Source of the DNA: a virus
Taxonomy: Duplodnaviria > Heunggongvirae > Uroviricota > Caudoviricetes
Virus record (IMG/VR): IMGVR_UViG_2541047913_000004
DNA length: 42,122 nt
Direction: 5' to 3' (one strand)
Shown one piece after another: positions 38,176-42,122 of this stretch. Below the pieces are notes generated by a model that worked only from the letters and a program-made list of their open reading frames with translations, searched no databases and was not told the origin of the DNA. A program made the position numbers and the translations under genes. How positions within the stretch are numbered: the first letter of the stretch is position 1; each line of letters opens with the position of its first letter.

Positions 38176-41100
38176 ATGGCAGTAAAGATTTCAGGTGTAC
38201 TGAAAGACGGCACAGGAAAACCGGTACAGAACTGCACAATCCAGCTGAAAGCAAAACGTAACAGTACCACTGTGGTGGTGAACACGCTGGCCTCAGAAAA
38301 TCCGGATGAAGCCGGGCGTTACAGCATGGACGTTGAGTACGGTCAGTATAGCGTTATTCTGTTGGTGGAGGGATTCCCGCCGTCACATGCCGGGACCATC
38401 ACCGTGTATGAAGATTCTCAACCCGGTACGCTGAATGATTTTCTCGGTGCCATGACGGAGGATGATGCCCGTCCGGAGGCACTGCGACGTTTTGAACTGA
38501 TGGTGGAAGAGGTGGCGCGTAACGCGTCCGCGGTGGCACAGAACACAGCAGCCGCGAAGAAGTCAGCCAGCGATGCCAGCACATCAGCCCGTGAGGCGGC
38601 AACCCATGCGACTGATGCTGCAGGCTCAGCACGCGCAGCCAGCACGTCAGCCGGACAGGCCGCGTCGTCGGCTCAGTCAGCGTCTTCCAGCGCAGGAACG
38701 GCATCAGCAAAGGCCACTGAAGCATCAAAAAGTGCTGCCGCTGCAGAGTCCTCAAAAAGCGCGGCGGCCACCAGTGCCGGTGCCGCGAAAACGTCTGAAA
38801 CGAATGCTGCAGCGTCACAACAATCAGCAGCCACTTCTGCATCCACCGCGACCACGAAAGCGTCAGAAGCTGCCACCTCAGCCCGGGATGCGTCGGCTTC
38901 AAAAGAGGCGGCAAAATCATCAGAAACGAGCGCAGCCTCGAGCGCCAGTAGTGCAGCCTCCTCGGCTACGGCGGCAGGAAATTCCGCGAAGGCGGCAAAA
39001 ACGTCCGAGACGAACGCCAGGTCTTCTGAAACGGCAGCGGGACAGAGCGCCTCAGCTGCGGCAGGCTCAAAAACAGCGGCTGCGTCGTCTGCCAGTGCCG
39101 CGTCAACAAGTGCCGGGCAGGCCTCAGCCAGTGCCACCGCTGCCGGAAAGTCGGCAGAAAGTGCCGCATCGTCTGCTTCAACAGCCACAACGAAGGCTGG
39201 CGAAGCCACTAAACAGGCCAGCGCAGCAGCGAGGTCTGCTTCCGCAGCGAAGACATCCGAAACGAACGCGAAAGCGTCGGAAACCCGTGCAGAATCCTCA
39301 AAAACGGCAGCTGCATCGTCAGCCAGTTCGGCGGCGTCATCGGCCTCATCGGCGTCTGCTTCAAAAGATGAGGCGACCAGACAAGCGTCAGCAGCGAAGA
39401 GTAGCGCCACGACGGCATCCACGAAGGCGACAGAGGCAGCTGGCAGTGCGACGGCGGCAGCTCAGAGCAAAAGTACGGCGGAATCCGCGGCAACGCGCGC
39501 CGAGACAGCAGCTAAACGGGCAGAGGATATTGCATCCGCCGTGGCGCTTGAGGATGCGAGCACGACGAAAAAGGGGATAGTACAGCTCAGCAGTGCGACC
39601 AACAGCACGTCTGAAACGCTGGCGGCAACGCCAAAGGCAGTAAAAGCAGCCAATGACAATGCTGAGAAACGTCTGCAGAAAGACCAGAACGGCGCTGATA
39701 TACCCGATAAGGGACGCTTCCTGAACAACATTAACGCGGTCAGTAAAACAGACTTTGCTGATAAGCGTGGTATGCGTTATGTGCGGGTTAACGCTCCTGC
39801 AGGTGCAACATCTGGAAAATATTACCCTGTTGTTGTTATGCGTTCTGCTGGCTCAGTAAGCGAACTGGCATCAAGGGTCATTATCACCACGGCAACGCGA
39901 ACCGCAGGCGATCCGATGAATAACTGCGAGTTTAACGGATTTGTTATGCCTGGTGGCTGGACTGACAGGGGGCGTTATGCTTATGGAATGTTCTGGCAAT
40001 ATCAAAACAATGAACGAGCCATCCACTCAATAATGATGAGTAATAAGGGCGATGATTTGCGCTCTGTGTTCTATGTTGATGGCGCTGCTTTCCCTGTTTT
40101 TGCGTTTATCGAAGATGGCCTGTCAATATCCGCACCTGGTGCTGATCTCGTTGTTAATGATACGACCTATAAGTTTGGGGCAACAAATCCAGCGACTGAA
40201 TGTATCGCGGCGGACGTTATCCTTGATTTTAAGAGTGGGCGTGGTTTTTATGAGTCCCATTCGTTAATCGTTAACGATAACTTGTCGTGCAAAAAACTTT
40301 TTGCCACAGACGAAATTGTAGCGCGTGGTGGTAATCAGATTCGAATGATAGGTGGGGAGTATGGGGCATTATGGCGTAATGATGGCGCTAAAACTTACCT
40401 GCTGCTTACCAATCAAGGTGATGTTTATGGTGGCTGGAATACATTAAGACCGTTTGCTATTGATAACGCAACCGGCGAACTGGTTATTGGAACCAAACTG
40501 TCTGCAAGTCTGAACGGTAACGCATTGACAGCAACAAAGCTGCAAACGCCAAGACTGGTTTCTGGGGTTGAGTTTGATGGTTCAAAAGATATTACTTTAA
40601 CCGCCGCGCATGTGGCTGCTTTTGCCAGAAGGGCAACGGATACATATGCCGATGCGGATGGTGGCGTTCCCTGGAATGCCGAATCAGGCGCTTACAATGT
40701 CACCCGCTCTGGCGACAGCTATATTCTGGTTAACTTCTATACCGGAGTCGGAAGTTGCCGGACCCTGCAGATGAAGGCGCATTACAGAAATGGAGGTCTG
40801 TTCTACCGTTCCTCAAGAGATGGCTATGGTTTTGAGGAAGGCTGGGCAGAAGTTTATACCTCGAAAAATCTTCCACCAGAAAGCTACCCAGTTGGCGCAC
40901 CAATTCCGTGGCCATCAGATACCGTTCCGTCTGGTTATGCCCTGATGCAGGGGCAGACTTTTGACAAATCTGCATACCCGAAACTTGCAGTTGCTTATCC
41001 GTCAGGCGTGATCCCTGATATGCGTGGCTGGACGATTAAGGGCAAGCCCGCCAGTGGTCGTGCCGTATTGTCTCAGGAACAGGACGGCATTAAATCGCAC

Positions 41101-41538
41101 ACCCACAGCGCCAGCGCATCAAGTACGGATTTGGGTACGAAAACCACATCGTCGTTTGATTACGGCACTAAATCTACGAATAACACCGGGGCACATACAC
41201 ACAGTGTGAGCGGCTCTACAAACTCGGCTGGAGCACACACACACTCACTAGCCAACGTGAACACGGCTAGTGCTAACTCCGGTGCTGGTAGTGCATCAAC
41301 AAGATTGTCTGTTGTGCATAATCAAAACTATGCAACATCATCTGCTGGCGCACATACCCACTCACTGTCCGGCACTGCTGCAAGCGCAGGTGCACACGCA
41401 CATACTGTCGGTATTGGTGCTCATACGCACTCGGTTGCGATTGGCTCACATGGACACACCATCACCGTTAACGCTGCTGGTAACGCGGAAAACACCGTCA
41501 AAAACATCGCATTTAACTATATTGTGAGGCTTGCATAA
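38176..41538 (+). CDS. stf: Side tail fibre protein Stf, 1120 aa (enlarged relative to the lambda Stf as I recall it)
   Basis: Lambda-Stf-like N-terminus ([26 protein letters not shown]...); a long Ala/Ser/Thr-rich low-complexity repeat region; a central domain that differs from lambda; C-terminal distal-fibre region with repeated GAHTHS/GAHAHT/GSHGHT His-x-His motifs ending ...[11 protein letters not shown]. Confidence 0.85.
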   Translation: MAVKISGVLKDGTGKPVQNCTIQLKAKRNSTTVVVNTLASENPDEAGRYSMDVEYGQYSVILLVEGFPPSHAGTITVYEDSQPGTLNDFLGAMTEDDARPEALRRFELMVEEVARNASAVAQNTAAAKKSASDASTSAREAATHATDAAGSARAASTSAGQAASSAQSASSSAGTASAKATEASKSAAAAESSKSAAATSAGAAKTSETNAAASQQSAATSASTATTKASEAATSARDASASKEAAKSSETSAASSASSAASSATAAGNSAKAAKTSETNARSSETAAGQSASAAAGSKTAAASSASAASTSAGQASASATAAGKSAESAASSASTATTKAGEATKQASAAARSASAAKTSETNAKASETRAESSKTAAASSASSAASSASSASASKDEATRQASAAKSSATTASTKATEAAGSATAAAQSKSTAESAATRAETAAKRAEDIASAVALEDASTTKKGIVQLSSATNSTSETLAATPKAVKAANDNAEKRLQKDQNGADIPDKGRFLNNINAVSKTDFADKRGMRYVRVNAPAGATSGKYYPVVVMRSAGSVSELASRVIITTATRTAGDPMNNCEFNGFVMPGGWTDRGRYAYGMFWQYQNNERAIHSIMMSNKGDDLRSVFYVDGAAFPVFAFIEDGLSISAPGADLVVNDTTYKFGATNPATECIAADVILDFKSGRGFYESHSLIVNDNLSCKKLFATDEIVARGGNQIRMIGGEYGALWRNDGAKTYLLLTNQGDVYGGWNTLRPFAIDNATGELVIGTKLSASLNGNALTATKLQTPRLVSGVEFDGSKDITLTAAHVAAFARRATDTYADADGGVPWNAESGAYNVTRSGDSYILVNFYTGVGSCRTLQMKAHYRNGGLFYRSSRDGYGFEEGWAEVYTSKNLPPESYPVGAPIPWPSDTVPSGYALMQGQTFDKSAYPKLAVAYPSGVIPDMRGWTIKGKPASGRAVLSQEQDGIKSHTHSASASSTDLGTKTTSSFDYGTKSTNNTGAHTHSVSGSTNSAGAHTHSLANVNTASANSGAGSASTRLSVVHNQNYATSSAGAHTHSLSGTAASAGAHAHTVGIGAHTHSVAIGSHGHTITVNAAGNAENTVKNIAFNYIVRLA
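38540..39530 (+). repeat. Ala/Ser-rich coding repeat region inside stf
   Basis: Reiterated peptide units (...AAKTSETNA... four times; ...SAASSA... many times) with matching DNA-level repeats; the compositional bias produces long spurious ORFs in other frames. Confidence 0.6.
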
Positions 41539-42122
41539 TGGCATTCAGAATGAGTGAACAACCACGGACCATAAAAATTTATAATCTGCTGGCCGGAACT
41601 AATGAATTTATTGGTGAAGGTGACGCATATATTCCGCCTCATACAGGTCTGCCAGCAAACAGTACCGATATTGCACCGCCAGATATTCCGGCTGGCTTTG
41701 TGGCTGTTTTCAACAGTGATGAGGCATCGTGGCATCTCGTTGAAGACCATCGGGGTAAAACCGTCTATGACGTGGCTTCCGGCGACGCGTTATTTATTTC
41801 TGAACTCGGCTCATTACCGGAAAATGTCACCTGGTTATCCCCGGAAGGGGAGTTTCAGAAGTGGAACGGCACAACCTGGGTGAAAGATGCAGAAGCAGAA
41901 AAACTGTTCCGGATCCGGGAGGCGGAAGAAACAAAAAACAGCCTGATGCAGGTAGCCAGTGAGCATATTGCGCCACTTCAGGATGCTGCAGATCTGGAAA
42001 TCGCAACGGAGGGAGAAACCTCGTTGCTGGAAGCCTGGAAAAAGTATCGGGTGTTGCTGAACCGTGTTGATACATCAACTGCACCTGATATTGAGTGGCC
42101 TACGAACCCTGTCAGGGAGTAA
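41538..42122 (+). CDS. tfa: Tail fibre assembly protein Tfa, 194 aa
   Basis: 194 aa, coupled by TAATG to stf; lambda Tfa-like; its stop codon is the last 3 nt of the window. Confidence 0.9.
   Translation: MAFRMSEQPRTIKIYNLLAGTNEFIGEGDAYIPPHTGLPANSTDIAPPDIPAGFVAVFNSDEASWHLVEDHRGKTVYDVASGDALFISELGSLPENVTWLSPEGEFQKWNGTTWVKDAEAEKLFRIREAEETKNSLMQVASEHIAPLQDAADLEIATEGETSLLEAWKKYRVLLNRVDTSTAPDIEWPTNPVRE

Noticed and set aside
38540-39530. Possible CRISPR array or other non-coding tandem repeat
   Set aside because: The repeats are in-frame coding repeats of stf with no repeat-spacer architecture; the only other tandem repeats are the replication iterons at 8698-8835.
38399-39731. Long alternative-frame ORFs over the stf repeat region (for example 38573-39580 +, 335 aa Arg/Pro/Gln-rich; 38673-39422 -, 249 aa Ala/Asp-rich)
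   Set aside because: Artefacts of the strongly biased Ala/Ser repeat coding sequence; the stf frame is continuous and lambda-like at both ends.

Overview
This window is a near-complete lambdoid prophage of an Escherichia coli-type host, running from the integrase stop codon (position 1) to the tail-fibre assembly gene stop (42122). All calls come from reading the sequence and ORF track against remembered phage protein families; no database search was run. Layout: int-xis and a leftward early operon of YfdT/S/R/Q/P-like genes (1-3965, minus strand); an immunity region with a CI-type repressor, divergent Cro-like gene and operator-like repeats (5098-6130); a rightward early operon carrying a CII/YdaT-like gene split by a complete 1310-bp IS629 copy, an O-like replication gene with internal iterons, a PerC-family regulator, a Dam-type methylase, RusA, KilA-N and DUF968 proteins and a QuuD-type antiterminator (6162-13404); an NmpC porin gene lying antisense between Q and the lysis cassette; pinholin, SAR endolysin, Rz/Rz1, bor, ybcV/ybcW/ylcI-like genes; a lambda-type cos site; and a lambda-like head and tail module from Nu1 to J, then lom, an enlarged stf and tfa (18716-42122). 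The best candidate for something undescribed is at 3966-5015, between the early-left operon and the repressor: a GC-rich, hairpin-dense non-coding element of about 340 nt next to a gene for a coiled-coil protein with a C-terminal zinc ribbon. That gene has its own terminator and is transcribed convergently with a strong pL-like promoter. It occupies the map position where lambda carries rexAB and sieB.
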